Positions 50,661 through 62,023 of a stretch of 64,000 nt of DNA are shown here, one piece after another. Position 1 is the stretch's first letter; every line of letters begins with the position of its first letter. Below the pieces are notes generated by a model. The model saw nothing but the letters and a program-made list of their open reading frames with translations. It searched no databases and had not been told where the DNA came from. The stretch covers positions 186,001-250,000 of the forward strand of contig JAMWBK010000010.1 of assembly GCA_029953675.1 (NCBI GenBank), in the 5' to 3' direction. Source of the stretch: Rhodosorus marinus CCMP1338 (lineage: Eukaryota; Plantae; Rhodophyta). Made by a program: the position numbers and the translations under genes.

Positions 50661-52283
50661 GCGCACGAGCTTACCTTTGTACCTTGGCTTGCCCCAACCG
50701 CCATGGCCCGCGGCGGGGGCCTCGAGTTGTAACTGATGATGATCCGTCTATTCAGAGGCTAACTACCCTGAGAAGCGAGAGACAAGACGCTGATGACGCG
50801 CGTCCACAAACAAAGCAGAATTCCAGCGCCACAGTGTCAAAGAAAGCTCCGTGAGCAGACTATCTAAACGCCCTGGGTCGTTACGAAACACGTGGCTACC
50901 GCACAAGTTGTAACTTGTGCGGTAGCCACGGGCCGTGCGGTGAATTCGGTGGACAGGGGGGCATCCTGTCCGCAGGTCCAGGGGGCCCGGACTCGTCGGC
51001 ATAAGCGGCTCAACCGGTTGCTGTTTCGCCATCTTCGTTCCCAGACGCTGGGCACGGACCGAGAGGTGGACTATGAGGTCCCCCTGCCCGTGGCCAAGGC
51101 AATTACTGACACGGCTGACGCACCAGGGGTGCAGCCGGTGGCGGATCTAGTGGTGACTGATCTCAGCGCCCGTCGGAGTGAGTACGTTGACCTTCTTTTT
51201 CCTTGTCCTCAGGCGACTAAATATCTACCCGCATCTGCACGCTGCCGTGGCGCTGCGGCTCGGTCAATGCGGCAACTGAAGGAGTCCCAGTACGCTGCAA
51301 CTATGTTGGACTCTACGCTCCGCGATTCGGCCTTGTCCTATCGGTTTGCTCCACTCATCATCGAGTGCTTTGGTTAAAGTTGATTGTGTCGGCTCTCGCT
51401 GGCTTCGTGGGCTCTTTAGTCACAGCCCAAGTCGTCTTGCTAGCCTCCTCACGGAGCTGTTACGACTTTACCTGGGCTTGCCGCAACCCCCTTTGGCCTG
51501 TTGAGCGGGATTCTAGATGCGCATTGTGCGGGGCCAATGTGCCGTGGGGTGATTATGGTGCGCATCTGTTGGCGTCTTGTGCGGAGGTTCAAGGGTCCCG
51601 GACCAGACGCCATACGCGGCTCAACCGCTTGCTGTTCCGCTACCTTCGTTCTCAATCCCTCGGTACGGACCGAGAAGTGGAGTATGAGGTTCCCCTGGCG
51701 GTGGCATGGGAAATTGCTGATGAGAGTGACGCCCCAGCGGTACAGCGGGTGGCGGATCTCGTTGTGACTGACCTCAATGCGCGTCGCAGTGAGTACATTG
51801 ACATCTCCATCCCTTGTCCTCAGGGTACCTGCCTGCGTCGGCTCGGGGTCGAGGAGCTGCAGCTCGGTCCATGCGGCAAGAGAAAAATTCGCAGTACGCG
51901 GCAGCGATGTCAAACCCTACCTTTCGCGATTCGGCGGTGAAATTCCGGTTCGTCTCCCTCATTATTGAGTGCTTTGGCTTGATAGATAGTGTAGGTTCTC
52001 GCTGGCTGCGAGCTCTGTTTCGCGAGGACCCAGGGCGTTTAGATAGTCTGCTCACGGAGCTTTCTTTGACACTTTGGCGCTCGAATTCTGCTTTGTTTGT
52101 GGACGCGCGTGATCAGCGTCGTGTCTCGCGCTTCTCAGGGTAGTTAGCCTCTGAGTAAACGGATCATCGAGCTGTCCTTGACGTTATGGCGTTCCAACGC
52201 GGCTTTACTGTCCGACGCGCGTCATCAGCGTCTTGTTTCTCGCTTCTCAGGGTAGTTAGGCTGTGATAAACTGATGATGATGA

Positions 52284-52536
52284 TTATGATTTCGGTGTCG
52301 TCAAAGAAAATCGTGACGAATTCATTCAATTCTTCGAAGAATATGTTGTTGAGCAATCGGGTAAATACAGCCGGTGCGTTGGTCAATCCAAACGGCATCA
52401 CCAGCAATTCATACAAGCCGAATGGTGTGGTGAAGGCCGTTTTAGGTATGTCCTCGTCCTTCACCCGCAATTGCCAGTACCCACTCCGGAGATCAATCAC
52501 ACTGAGATATGTGGCTGATCCCAGGGCGTCCCGGCA
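52284..52536 (-). mobile_element. Ty3/gypsy RT fragment (N-terminal part to FFDD)
   Basis: IDLRSGYWQLRV...KTAFTTPFGLYE..VMPFGLTNAPAVF.R...FVTIFFDD. Confidence 0.92.
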
Positions 52537-53174
52537 GTCATCATCATCAGTTTATCAGCGCCCAACTACCCTGAGAAGCGAGAAACAAGACGCTGATGAC
52601 GCGCGTCGAACAGTAAAGCCGCGTTGGAACGCCATAAAGTCAAGGACAGCTCCGTGAGGAGGCTAGCAAGACGACTTGGGCAGTGACGAAAGAGCCCACG
52701 AAGCCAGCGAGAGCCGACACAATCAACTTCAACCAAAGCACTCGATGATGAGTGGAACAAACCGATAGGACAAGGCCGAATCGCGGAGCGTAGAGTCCAA
52801 CATAGTTGCAACGTACTGGGATTCCTTCAGTTGCCGCATTGACCGAGCCGCAGCGCCACGGCAGCGTGCAGATGCGGGTAGATATCTGGTCGCCTGAGGA
52901 CAAGGAAAGGAAGGTCAACGTACTCACTCCGACGGGCCCTGAGATCAGTCACCACTAGATCCGCCACCCGCTGCACCCCTGGTGCGTCAGCCGTATCAGT
53001 AATTGCCGTGGCCACGGGCAGAGGGACCTCATACTCCACCTCCTGGTCTGTGCCCAGCTTCTGGGAACGAAGATAGCGAAACAGCAACCGGTTGAGCCGC
53101 GTATGCCGACGAGTCCGGGAACCCTGGACCTGCGGACAGGATGCCAACAGGTGTCCACCGAATTCACCTCAAAG

Positions 53175-54550
53175 ACGTGACATCATAATCTACTCTACGA
53201 ACGCGGAAGACCATAGATAGTCTGCTCACGGAGCTTTTTTTGACCCTGTGGCGCTCCAAATTCTGCTTTGTTTGTGGACGCGCGTCATCAGCGTCTTGTC
53301 TCTCGCTTCTCAGGGTAGTTAGCCTCTGAATAAACGGATCTGAAGACCATAGGAGACACCTGGATGATGATCCGACACCTGGATACCGTCTTTTCAAAAT
53401 TGAGAAACAACTAATTATATACAAAGAGGTCGAAATGCGTTTTTGGTGTCCCCGAGACATAGTATTGTGGGTCACCTCGTTGGGAGTGGGCAACGGAGAG
53501 CGGACCCGGGCAAAGTAGCTGCTCTCAAGAATTGGCGAACCCCGGAGAATGTCCATGACGTAAGATCTTTTTTGGGAATTACTGGCTACCTACGCAACCA
53601 TGTACCGGAATTCAGCCTTGTAGCAGCACCTTTGACCAATCAAACGAAGAAAAATGTGACCTTCCTATGGGGTCCTGAGCAGGAAGAAGCCTTTGACACC
53701 CTGCGGGAAAAATTGATGGCGCAGCCAGTCCTCCGAAACCCTGACTTCCAAAAAATGTTCATCGTACAACCGGACGCGAGCAATCGAGGAGCTGGGGCTG
53801 TCCTAATACAAAAAAATAAGACGGCGAACATCCAATCGCCTACTTTTCGAAGAAATTTTCGGATGCCGAAAAGCGATATTCAACGTATGAGCAGGAGCTT
53901 TATACATTGACAACTGCTATTCTCCACTGGCGTGCGTACCTGGAGGGGACCAGATTCGTTGTTCGCACTGATCACAACCCATTGAGATTCTTACAGCCAT
54001 CGTGCTTGCCGCTTCGTAAGTTCGATTTATATCGGTTAATGCCCTTTCAGTTCAATATCAACTATAAACAGGGCAAGGAGAATATTGCGGATGCGCTAAG
54101 TCGTCACGCCATACAACAATTAACGGTAGTTTCATCTGTACCAAATCCAGAGGGGCGGCAAGCGTACCTGCAGGATCCGGCGTTCAGTGACATCTTTGAG
54201 CATCCGGAGCGATACCGGCAGCAAGGATTTGTTCGGCGAAATGACTCCTTGTATTTGTGTAACCGAATAATGATGATGAATATGTGTTCCGGAAATCATG
54301 GTCACCGCTCTCCTCCAAAGTCACCATAATGAACCCGTCGCGGGACATTTTGGGATCACCAAGACCCGGAACCTGATTAAGAGAAAATACTACTGGTCAA
54401 CCCTGAAGCAGGATATCGAGAAATTCTTAAGAACCTGCGAAGCTTGCCAGAGGAAAAAACCACTCCGACACTCAGCAGGAAAGTTGAACCCACTGCCTAT
54501 TCCAGCCGGGAAATTGCAATCCGTATGGATGGATTGTATTACTAACCTAC
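53175..54550 (+). mobile_element. Ty3/gypsy pol fragment: RT C-terminus, RNase H, integrase H2C2 zinc finger (disrupted)
   Basis: DIIIYS..EDH..HL, DVRSFLGITGY, FLWGPEQEEAF, DASNRGAGAVL, HWRAYLEG..F.VRTDH.PL, HNEPVAGHFG.TKT...YYW...CEACQ. Truncated by a family A 3' end at ~54553. Confidence 0.92.
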
Positions 54551-54792
54551 CGATGACGATGATCCGTTTATTCGGAGGCTAACTACCCTGAGAAGCGAGA
54601 GACAAGACGCTGATGACGCGCGTCCACAAACAAAGCAGAATTCGAGCGCCACAGGGTCAAAGAAAGCTCCGTGAGCAGGCTATCTAAATGCCCTGGGTCA
54701 ACAGAGCTCGCAGCCAGCGAGAACCTACACTATCTATCACCAAAGCACTCAATAATGAGGGGGACGAACCGGTATGTCACCGCCGAATCGCG

Positions 54793-54820
54793 AAAGGTAG
54801 GGTTTGACATCGCTGCACGG

Positions 54821-54853
<33 letters not shown>

Positions 54854-54874
54854 GGTAGGGTTTGACATCGCTGC
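54793..54874 (+). mobile_element. Tail-only insertion ACGG(ATC)10 with a 24-bp target-site duplication
   Basis: AAAGGTAGGGTTTGACATCGCTGC occurs at 54793-54816 and 54851-54874, flanking 54817-54850. Confidence 0.9.
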
Positions 54875-56861
54875 CGCGTACTGCGAATCTTTCACTTGCC
54901 GCATGGACCGAGCTGCAGCTCCTCGACCCCGAGCCGACGCAGGCAGGTACCTGGTCGCCTGAGGACAAGGGATGGAGAGGTCAATGTACTCACTGCGACG
55001 CGCATTGAGGTCAGTCACAACGAGATCCGCCACCCGCTGTACCGTTGGGGCGTCACTCTCATCAGCAATTTCCCATGCCACCGCCAGAGGGAACTCATAC
55101 TCCACTTCTCGGTCCGTACCGAGCGATTGAGTACGAAGGTAGCGGAAAAGCAAGTGGTTGAGCCGCGCACGCGTCTGGTCCGGGCCTCTTGAACCTCCGC
55201 ACAAGACGCCAACAGATGCGCACCATAATCACCCCACGGCACATTGGCCCCGCACAATGCGCATCTAGAATCCCGCTCAACAGGCCAAGGGGGTTGCGGC
55301 ATACCCAGGTAAAGTCGTAAGCTTATACAAAGTTCGAGATCGGTAAGCGCCAACCGCGGATACGCAGGTATGACCGTGAAGAAACGGGAGCTGAGACTCC
55401 GCCCCAAACCGCGCAGGCGAGCCAAAATCGACGCCGAGCACGAAGGTAAACTCAGAAGGGTGGCATACGAGTGCCGATGTATGTCCCACGAAGGGTTTTT
55501 TGTGGATTACATCGGTCCTCGAAGGGGCCGGACCCAACCGGGAAACGCCCTCCTCTGGCGGTCTCAACGGCACAGCCACGGCGTCAACATCCTCGGCAGT
55601 TTCTACACCATTTCCAACACACGGTGCTACAGCAGAGACTCCCGAACGCTGGCCACCGATGGAGTCAAGAACTGCCGCCCAGGAATCGCAACGAGCCACT
55701 CGGCAGGGCGGTACATTGTTGAAAAGGCGGCCTCCAGTTCCGCAAAAACCCTCCCGAGCCGTTGGGCGAGAGTCCCGTCCAGCCGCCCAACCCGAAGTCC
55801 ATTCAACAAACCACTCACAGCGGATCACACTCCGTAGACCATGTATTAAGCGCATTGGCCCACGAACTCACCACAGCTGCCGGCTGGATCGAGGAGCTAC
55901 AGCTCGGTCCATGCGGCATGCGAAAGAATCGCAGTATGCGGCAGTGATGTCAAACCCTACCTTTCGATCGGAGAGCTTGCATGTGCTCAACGTGTAAACC
56001 GCTTGGGCCCGCGGCCCTGCACACTTCAGGTCGTCGATTCCATCGAGTAGCTCCTGCTCAAATACAGCAGGAGGAAGAGTATTGCGTGGGGCAGCCGCGA
56101 GAGCCTAGTTAGGCTATGAGTAAACGGATCGACTCCCCTCGCCCGAGTACTTGTACGAGGCTAAAAGCGGTATGATTAGGAGGGGAGTTTCGTCATTTGT
56201 TTCAAGTTGACATATGCCATATGCAGGCTGCCACACTTGGAAGCGGGAAAAACTAAGCACTCCGGAGGGAGCTATCTCGCCGGCCCAGGCCAAAGAACTT
56301 GTCCTGGACCGGCGAGATAGCTCTTGTTGCATGTGTGCGCGCCACATGTGTACCGATCGCCGCTCGTCCCAAGATCAAGACGAAGCTGTTGTGGTCATTC
56401 CACTGTATAGCCGCCGCCCAGGAGTAAATGGTAGTTGGTTTGCTACTCCAGTTTGCAGAGGAAGTTTCGACGACGTCCTTGTCCAGCATAGCGGGTCCAC
56501 TCACTTCAACCGTGCTCGAAAGGTGTGGAAGTGATCTACAGTTCACTGGCTTACAGCCCAGGCACAGCGGATGATGATGATGGAGTCTCGCATTTGACCA
56601 CGCCATGCAACACGGAAGAGAAAACGTTCGCGTCTCGTACGACTTGAGAAGGCGGAGTTCATAGTTTGTACTGCGTTAGCGCGTTCTGGTAGAAAAACCT
56701 CAATCTTGCTCTGGACATTTAGAAGCAAGTTCTTCAAGACACAAAACTGTAATTCGTTCTATTGTCACGCTAGATTACAATCTCAAGAGTTCAGGTCAGC
56801 TCCGGGGCACGAGCGTCGAGCTGCACTAATCTGGACCTTCAACCTTCCTTAGATGAACCCC

Positions 56862-59447
56862 CTAACCCACAAATCCGTTATAGTCGTCGTCACCGGCGCC
56901 CTCTATGTCCCCAACTGGCCTTTCGTAGCTTGCGCGTCTTCGGCGCCTTCGGGAGAAAAATAAAGCGACTCCTGTCACCAAGCCGATCACAGCGATCACT
57001 TCAAGAGGTAGGAGTAATAAGCGCCACGGCATATACGCCTCCGCCTGGTGTTAACACACACAAGTTCGCACTCCGTTAGCAGATTGATTCAGACTAGTGC
57101 CTACTAAGGGTCGGGTATAACCGCTTACCGAGCAATAACAGAAATCACCGTGACAGTAAGGATATGGCCATAAAGTGTTGTGCTCGGCTCGAGGAGAGCA
57201 TAGTTTCGTCTGGTAGCTATAAGCACATGCGACATTCGCTGCGCAGTCCGCACAAGTCTTGAGGACGGAGCACCCAGCAGTACCACCTACAAGAACGACG
57301 TTTCACCGTCCGTGCACAAGAAATTTTGGTGGCTCGTTTAGACCATCCAAAATCAGACATCTCCGAGAACCGTACGCCAGATACTTTTAACATGATCGCT
57401 TGAGGTGGGCAACATCCTACCACAGTTCTTTTCTGTCACAGCGAAACCCATGCGTTCACGCTTCCTGTCGTAAATCGTTAAATATTTCATGTTTATGGTA
57501 TTCCCCAGAATGACATCGGCGTCGTCTTCCTCCGCTGAACCCATCGTCGCGATCCCAACACATCGGAAGTTGAGGAGATCGTTCTATCCGAGTACCGAAA
57601 ACAACATGCAACATGAGCGTCAGAGCTCTCAGTACGATCGCTAGCGCACGAGCTCAAGCAGCCACAGTGTTCAGATCTTGAAGCTTTAGCTTCGACTACG
57701 AGAAACTCGGCAGTTGTTCCAATGCTCCTCCGGAATCGCGTACTTACATAGAAAGGAACGAGGTAGTCCCTGGCTTCAAGCTTAAGTTTTTCTCCATTGG
57801 AGAAGGGAATTTCAATCGTTGGCATCTTATCCAAAATTTCTTCATCTTCGGCGAAACACTCTATTTCACGAAACCAAGAGTTCTTTTCACACAGATCCGG
57901 AACATCGCAGTGCTTCTCCTTTAGATGACTGGCCAGCTTGTCGAAGGTCTTTCTCGAAAAGATAATAAGGGTGGTGCCGGAGTCAATTATACCGGTTTTC
58001 ATCTCGGGCATTGACAACTGAATTGTGACAGAGGCAAAGACAAGCGGTTGTTTGCTCCAACGTCAGTGTTCCCCTTAGCTCCTGGCCTTTCGCTCCCCTC
58101 CCGCAAAACGGAACCCTACCTCGACACCTCCAACGATCAGAGTCTTGTTCAGGGTGACTCTGTAATACTTCCTCTCCTTTTCCTGGACCAACGGAACATA
58201 GAAAGGCTCGGACTCCGCCATCTTGGCGTCGAAACCCCCGAGAACGAGACTACCTCCCGCCCCAGCGAGGCATATGGTGAACATGTCCTCCTTCACTTTC
58301 TTTCGCTCGACCATTTCGTCGAAAACGGGCTTCAGGCATGTTGGATTGCACGCCAAAGGTGGATACCTAGCCAATGCGAAGAATTCAACAGATGCAAGAT
58401 CAGACCCCGCACGAACGAAGCTCAGTCCTTTTTGTGCTGGAGAGGCTCACGCAAGCCCCAAGATCCCATCTACTCCTGTCCTCTGAAAATCTCCCGAATC
58501 CGTTACCATCCCCCCAAAAGCTGCCTGCAAACATGCAGGGTGCAATCAGCCCGAAGTGCGAACAGTATGGCAATAGATCAAATGCTGATGGGAATTCTTG
58601 TACCTGGGTTTTAATATCGCCAATTTGAACTTCATCCACTACTAGTGAACCAAAGGCTCCGGACCCATCAGCATACGATACCAAGAAGAAGCAACTGGAC
58701 TCCTCCTCCTCCATGCAGCATTGATGCTCAGGACCGCAGTGAGGGCACACTCCTGGCATGCATGTGTTTGCTTGACATGCATTGGAGGCGCAACCGATCT
58801 GTTGACGTGGATATTTGGTTTCTGGGTCAGCATGCGAACCAATTGATGCGTTGCGCGGACTCATTGCCACAGATAGACGCCTTTTTCAGGCTTTCAAAAC
58901 GAACCTTCTTTGCCTTTTTCGAAGTCGACTTCTCTAGCGAGTACGAAGTGTGCAAGCAAGATTCGCAGGAGTCCAGGGGAAGGACCAGTGTGGAACTGCC
59001 TGTGTCGACCTGAGATGGTGATGGAGGTGATTTGGTGAGAAATCGTGCATATCTTCAAGTTATTAGTTCCAAGAACGGATAACGCTCTCCGCGGTAGCTA
59101 ACCTGAACAGGAACTGGCTGCCCACCCACGTTGATCGTCAGGTAGTACTCTCCAACAGATGTAATTCCCCCGAAAAGCGGCACATTCGTATTGTTAACAC
59201 GGACAGAAAAAGGAACTCGTTGATGTCGAGACGTGGAAATCCCTTTAGACTGCTTTTGGTACAACGGCAGTGAGACAACCTGCGGAGGACGACAAAACCC
59301 AAGACCGCCCCCAAAAACCAGACCGGATCACCTCAAAACCAGGGGAAAAATCCAGATCTACAGATACAAGAAGGCCCAGAACCTCACCTGTGTGCACTCA
59401 ACGTCCCAGTCAATAAGCGCCGTCCACAGCAGCAACCATATCCACAT
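56862..59447 (-). CDS. A1-family aspartic protease with signal peptide, Cys-rich C-terminal module and TM anchor, multi-exon
   Basis: GEYYLTINVGGQ..VQV/DTGSS, SYADGS, IIDSGTT, ILGNT.....TIYDR....GFA. Then CSVLKTCADCAANVAC...C...C and IAVIGLVTGVALFFSRRRRRR. Termini were read by eye. Confidence 0.85.
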
Positions 59448-59989
59448 CCATCTGATACAGAAGATCAAACCTAATCTCATCTCTTTCAACCCAAACCCAC
59501 CACTTATCTACCTCTAAACCCTCACAGAATATCTCACGTTCCTATCCATCAAAAAAACACAACCCACTCTGAGTTTTCACTGGAACCTCATCACCTCAAA
59601 CTCCCAAGCCCAACTCCAACCAACAAGATTCCCCTCTCCCTATAGATTACATACGCTCCTCAAAATGCCCAAACCCCCAAAACAGTGACGCCAACCCTAC
59701 AAATGTCCTTAACAAGCCTGTCACAACCACCCCCTCCCCCTCCTACCCTTAAACAAAATACAAAAAAAAAAAAAAACCACGCGATAGCGGCACTCCAAAT
59801 TTCTCATCAAAAATAAGACCCAAAAAGCCCTTTTTAGAGAGAATTGATTGAGATTGTTTTTTGTTGTAAATCTGGGGATTATTAGATTGACTATCAGTCA
59901 TTTTATTTTTACTGATTGGGTTTAGTGGGAGGGTTAAGGTCATTTATCAAGTTTATTCAGCGAGCTTCACTACCGCGAGTCCCAGCGAG

Positions 59990-61700
59990 AAAGAAGAGTG
60001 AAGACTACTCGCTGGCGATTGGCAACAGGTCGGGTCTATGGGGGTGCACATGCTGGCAAGCTGTGGCGGAGTGAATGGGGCTCGCACTCGGCGTCACAGC
60101 GGATAAACCGTCTTTTCTTCAGGAAGCTCTATCCTATTCCTGAGTGCAGGGGGCCATCACATTGCGGACGAACATCAGGCGGAATCCCGCCATTGAGGAT
60201 TGTACGGCGGGAGCGCGCAGAGTTGCGGATCTCGTCATCTAGGATGGCAACGGGTTGCGGAACACGTATGTGGACCTAACCCTCCCTAGCCCTCTCGCGG
60301 CCCGGTACTTGTACCGCCTCCAGTCGTAGGGGCACAGCTGCGAATACTATGCGAGGGCATAAGGAGTTAGTCTACGCGGAGGAGCGAACCATTGCTCAGT
60401 CTTTGCAGTCTGCGCTCGCTTGTCCGTTTTGTTCCACTTGTCCTCGTAGCGACCTACGGTGACTTGGGAGCATCCTTGCGGAGCTCTCGTTGACCCTCAG
60501 GCGTTCCAACGCTGCTTTATTGTTGGACGCGAGTCATCACCGTCTTGGTTTTTGCTTCTCATGGTGGTATGGCTCTGAATAAACGGATGGTGATGTTGTC
60601 ATCCAGGTCTCTCAATTTGTAGATAGCGCTGGGGGCGCTTGGTTGCGGGGGTGGTATCGCGGCCGCTATGATACTCATTTTTTTTGAGCCTGACCCTGGT
60701 TTACTGGAAAACTAACAACCCTGTTCGGATGTCCTACGAGAGGGAAAGGGTGGTCACAAACGTGTGACTATTAACTAATCAGTAAACACTAGCTACTAAA
60801 AGCTACTACGCCATAGCTACGAAGTGCGACCCAAGAGTTGCCTCTCTACTACATGCGGTTCATCGCGGAGAGAACTCTGCTGAGAACGTCGGGATAAAGT
60901 CCTGTGGGTCTGCAAACGGTGGCCCGGTATTTGTTGATTTTGCGCTGGGCGGCCGTCCGGCAGCATTACTAGCACGGCTAGCTATACGTCGCAGGTTTTG
61001 TGTCTGGAACGGGCACGTGACTAGGTTATCGAAGAACAGTGTCCGGTGCGTCCGAGGGTGCTCCGCCCGGATATCTAGTGCTCGATGAGGCAGCTCCTCA
61101 TTCGTGGGTCCTGGCTCCACTACAACGTCCTCGTAGCCCCGTTCCCTTAATAGTCGCGTGATGGTCTTCACAAGCTCGTGGTGTCGGGGTATGCGCATTC
61201 GTGTAGAAAACGAGCAGCGGTGGAGCAGCTGACAACCGTAGATATCGCGGGTGGCTTGGCACGATGGGCAGGGTGCAGACTGTGGTTGGTCAGTGAGTTG
61301 GTACTCCGAGGAGTGTGGAACGTTTGCGATGAGCAGCTGCCTGGTGACAAAGGTTGTGCGGGTTGTTGGAATGTCAAGAAACCAGGTCCCGCGTGTGCCA
61401 CCGGTGGCGCAAGCAGGACAGTCGTGCTCTCGCGTAGGCTGGGACCGTCGGCTCGTCGACTATGTCAAGGTACACCGATTGATGTAGTGCGTTGGAGAAG
61501 ACGCATTGCGCGTGTGCTAGAGGCCTCGGTAGGTTGCCCTCAGTAGTGGGCCGGACCGCACAGGAACTTGCATTTGGCTCGGGTGTAGAGTCTGTACCAT
61601 TCGGCGGCCTGGGCGATCGCAGGCGAACAATCTGCTGGTAACTTCTCGGAGATGTTGTCAACGGGGTCCGGATCTCGTCAGCGACGTGGGATCAGGCTAC
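59990..61700 (-). mobile_element. Decayed relative of the family C CRE-like element
   Basis: PRHHELVK...GYEDVVVEP...LDIRAEHPRTHR.LFFD..VTCP.Q aligns by eye with the REL region of the 7628-10543 ORF. Many stops and frameshifts. Confidence 0.65.
60478..60592 (+). mobile_element. Diverged A/B-type 3' end fragment
   Basis: GAGCTCTCGTTGACCCT..GGCGTTCCAACGC...CTCTGAATAAACGGAT. Similar remnants occur at ~56100-56130 and ~61735-61815. Confidence 0.65.
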
Positions 61701-62023
61701 CGGCACGCGTAGAGGCGCCAGCGGGGCTCGTGGCTGACCCTCTGGCGCTACTTTATCGTTGGACCCGCATCATCTTAATTCTCGCTTTTCAGCTTAGTTG
61801 GGCTCTGAGTAAACGGGCGCGAGAAGTGGGATTCGCAGTCTCTTCAGGTGCTCAGACGTCTTTGTGGTTTAAAAAAATGGAAGCACATGGGACTCTGGAT
61901 TTATCGCCCGATACCCCCGGGATTTCACAAACCCTGTCAATACATATAATTAGTCTGAGCGGTTTAATATGATGCTAGTTGCAAGAAAAGTGTCGCGAAG
62001 ATCATTTGGCCCGCTTCCCGATT

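Larger units (their letters stand above)
40407..55970. mobile_element. ~15.5 kb mosaic of about 25-30 family A/B CRE-like fragments in both orientations plus Ty3/gypsy pol pieces
   Basis: Family A 3' ends at ~41190, 42751, 44749, 47168, 49326, 50735, 52168, 53340, 54560. Family B 3' ends at ~40428, 52280, 52540. RT, CCHC and REL ORF fragments repeat throughout, and no host gene was recognised inside. Confidence 0.92.

Noticed and set aside
40407-55970. Recurring ~60-bp motif GATCCGTTTATTCAGAGGCTAACTACCCTGAGAAGCG separated by variable DNA, superficially CRISPR-like
   Set aside because: The repeats are retrotransposon 3' ends in both orientations, spacing is irregular (0.1-3 kb), the intervening DNA is element ORF sequence, no cas genes are present and the context is eukaryotic.
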